Origin: Spirochaetia bacterium
Lineage (GTDB): Bacteria; Spirochaetota; Spirochaetia; SZUA-6; Bin103
Direction: 5' to 3'
Assembly (NCBI GenBank): GCA_965208575.1
Contig: CBDBOV010000006.1
Coordinates: forward strand, 1,440,001 to 1,504,000
Length of the DNA: 64,000 nt
Part shown: positions 62,701 through 64,000 of the stretch, piece by piece
Position numbering within the stretch: position 1 is the first letter of the stretch
How the letters are laid out: every line of letters begins with the position of its first letter
Notes under the pieces: model-generated
What the model saw: only the letters and a program-made list of their open reading frames with translations
What the model was told of the DNA's origin: nothing
The model's database searches: none
Translations under genes and position numbers: made by a program

Positions 62701-63294
62701 CGCGCCGGAGTCGTGGACGATGACGGACTTGCCGAGATCAAGCGGGAACAGCGAGCCCTCTCCACCGAAAAGGAACGTGCCCTCGCGCGGCTTGATACCG
62801 CCGCCGAGCGGATTGTAGCCGGCGGCGTCCGTTTCCTGGCCCACGCCCTCGCGGTACCAGCCGGCGACTCGGAAGAGATCGAGCGCTACGATGAGAGGGT
62901 GGAGGAGATCGCCGTGCGCATCGCGATAGCGTGGGAGCGGGAGCGCGGCGGTCAGACAACGGACGTTTCGAAGCCAGAGCGCGCTCGGCTGGCGGGTCTG
63001 TCCGACTGGCCGGGCTTCGACGTAATCTCGCTGTACCCTGGAGGGGGAGTGCGAAACATAGAGGTCAAGGGACGCGCCGGAACGAGCGCGATTCAGATGG
63101 AGGCGAACGAATGGAAGCAAGCGTGCCACCTCGGCGAACGATACTGGCTCTACGTGGTCTTCGACTGCGCCACGCCGAGCCCGCGCCTGGTGCGGGTACG
63201 CGACCCGTTCGCCAAACTGCTCGCCGGAAGCCGAGAGTCGACCGCCTACACCATCAGCGCCAAGTCGTTGTTCGAAGCTGCGGAGCAAGCATGA
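59782..63294 (+). CDS. XRE-HTH / SNF2-type helicase / DUF3883 fusion protein
   Basis: GLTQDQFAERLGVTVLTVHRWEAG; LLADDAGAGKT, DEAHK, TATPH, GEGINLQ, EQRMGRIHRYG; C-terminal GFDV...IEVKGR. Confidence 0.9.
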   Translation: MGPSSDIRRIRLGMGLTQDQFAERLGVTVLTVHRWEAGKSRPQRIARERLRELEQVMARQVASEPSETGAPLPRTAEQLDFAGNPDSVAAVAEAWRLAYGHQFNPAFASETARIDALPHQRTAVYERMLRQEPLRFLLADDAGAGKTIMTGLYVREMLSRGRLRRVLIVPPAGLVGNWERELRTLFRLHFRIAVGTENPFRGPQADLVIVSLDTLTGERTFAALRDASVAPYDLVVFDEAHKLSATTENHRVRKRRRYELAEALACGLADGRFSGLGWAARHLLLLTATPHMGKDSPYYHLWRLLDPRVFSTGEAVRRFPLQRRHRHFIRRTKEEMVDLNGGPLYRKRTCATFSYDLSSGPEGEQALYDLTTEYLRRTYGRALSNRPAVQLAMSVFQRRLASSTWALLRSFERRIDKLEQSVADLESGKISVRELQRRQRGLDRETRDDFFDTHSADEDARSDGLGERNEDYEDAVLGAMTAVSVEEIREEIDQLRALSDRARRLLDRGDESKFEKLREVLEGPHYGSEKWLIFSEHRDTVDYLIRRLEGLGFSGRIAQIHGAMTWPERERQVARFRRPDGARYLVATDAAGEGINLQFCRLMANYDIPWNPARLEQRMGRIHRYGQQHDVRIVNLLAGDTREGRVLRILLDKLDAIRRELESDKVFDVIGRLFDNVPLRKYMIEALTDARGVAGRIERTLTSERVRDIGNQERCVYGAPDAAVGGASALREELDRERYLRLLPGYVRRFVAQAAGLLDLAIDGDLDGFFSLVPRRLGALDSLLPALEGYSPAARRRLCVRRPEADAPCVWLHPGEPMFDALSDLIRKTFGRDADRGAIFIDPRADAPYFFHLVLVSVEQEFQEEGGRQILERRLLGLRHGADGSLVEFPVEPLLLLRGAPTLPPGAVPLAARGVVMRAEAARFAEREVLERFVEDRRSAAVSELPERRRSTSVGFSLRAADLAARRVQLANRRAGVVDDDGLAEIKREQRALSTEKERALARLDTAAERIVAGGVRFLAHALAVPAGDSEEIERYDERVEEIAVRIAIAWERERGGQTTDVSKPERARLAGLSDWPGFDVISLYPGGGVRNIEVKGRAGTSAIQMEANEWKQACHLGERYWLYVVFDCATPSPRLVRVRDPFAKLLAGSRESTAYTISAKSLFEAAEQA

Positions 63295-63405
63295 GGTAGA
63301 GGCAATGGGAGTAACCCACGTCGATGCAACCATCGACAATCTCGCTGCGCTAGGGAGCGCACCGAAAGTACTGATGCCAATGACTCATGGCAGCAGAGGA
63401 GGCAT

Positions 63406-64000
63406 GTGTTGCCGATAATTGATCTGTTCTCCAAACGCCAGAACAGAGCTCGCGGAAGAGTGCCCGATGTATACACATACGATGAGCTGCCTGATTCGCT
63501 CAGGGTACAGGTTGTCCATATCTGGCGTGATGTGCTCGGAGATGAGCGGGATTACGCGATTGATCCTGAAGTAACGGAGTGGTACAATTACATTGCTGGG
63601 AGCCTTTGCCGAGAGTACGGCGTCTTTCAGTTACCAAGCAAATCATACTCTCGTACTCGTTTCGAAGAGCTTGTCAATTTTCTGCTCCAAGAGTCAGGTG
63701 TGGAACGCGTCATTGATGTCATTGAGTTGTCTTTTCGGGTTATTTCGCATCGTCACCACGGAAATCAGGCGGCTCAAGGAGCTGTCAATGAGTTGAACGA
63801 GAGATTCAGGGAGCATGGTGTAGGGTATCAATTTGCAAACGACAAGGTCATTCGTGTAGACTCGGAATTTGTTCACTCCGCCGTAGTTAAGCCTGCACTC
63901 CAGCTACTTCGTCAGAAGCGCTATGCTGGCGCACAGGAAGAGTTCATGAGTGCGCACCGGCACTACCGGAAGGGAGACACTAAGGAGGCGCTGAATGAGT
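63406..64000 (+). CDS. STM4504/CBY_0614-like (AbiJ-type N-terminus) protein, runs off the right edge
   Basis: Translated by hand: IIDLFSKRQ...PDVYTYDELPDSLRVQVVHIW...LCREYG...ELNERFREHGVGYQF...GAQEEFMSAHRHYR. Confidence 0.75.
   Translation, partial: MLPIIDLFSKRQNRARGRVPDVYTYDELPDSLRVQVVHIWRDVLGDERDYAIDPEVTEWYNYIAGSLCREYGVFQLPSKSYSRTRFEELVNFLLQESGVERVIDVIELSFRVISHRHHGNQAAQGAVNELNERFREHGVGYQFANDKVIRVDSEFVHSAVVKPALQLLRQKRYAGAQEEFMSAHRHYRKGDTKEALNE

Overview
A GC-rich bacterial chromosome segment. An archaeal/eukaryotic-type PheRS pair, a non-discriminating AspRS with gatCAB, and a DAHP synthase-prephenate dehydratase fusion suggest a Spirochaetota-like host (inference only). Housekeeping blocks are larA with two sulfatase-like hydrolases, mutM, pntA1/A2/B, CDGSH-bshC-bshA-hemC-hemL, proCAB, gatCAB-aspS, aroF-pheA, radC and pheST. 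They are interleaved with lower-GC defence-type inserts and a 2014-aa modular autotransporter adhesin. The inserts are an ATPase/TOPRIM-like/DUF262 trio at the left edge, an ATPase+nuclease pair after mutM, and a >15 kb island after pheT. That island holds vapBC, ATPase+DUF4276-like, HEPN-MNT, a DUF6361/PLD/helicase operon, an HTH-SNF2-DUF3883 helicase and an Abi-like gene. The strongest signal is an IS110 element (54456-56128) that splits the PLD gene at a CT core. Its non-coding left end contains two CCGT-anchored guide segments, one matching the actual genomic target (TCAAGAGCT) and one matching the element's own end (TCAGGAG), so it reads as a bridge RNA. Other notable items: a triplicated, mostly synonymously diverged pheT start forming coupled mini-ORFs, a structured pheS leader, Thr-nucleophile sulfatases and a ~100-aa loop in HemC. 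No rRNA, tRNA or CRISPR array was seen.
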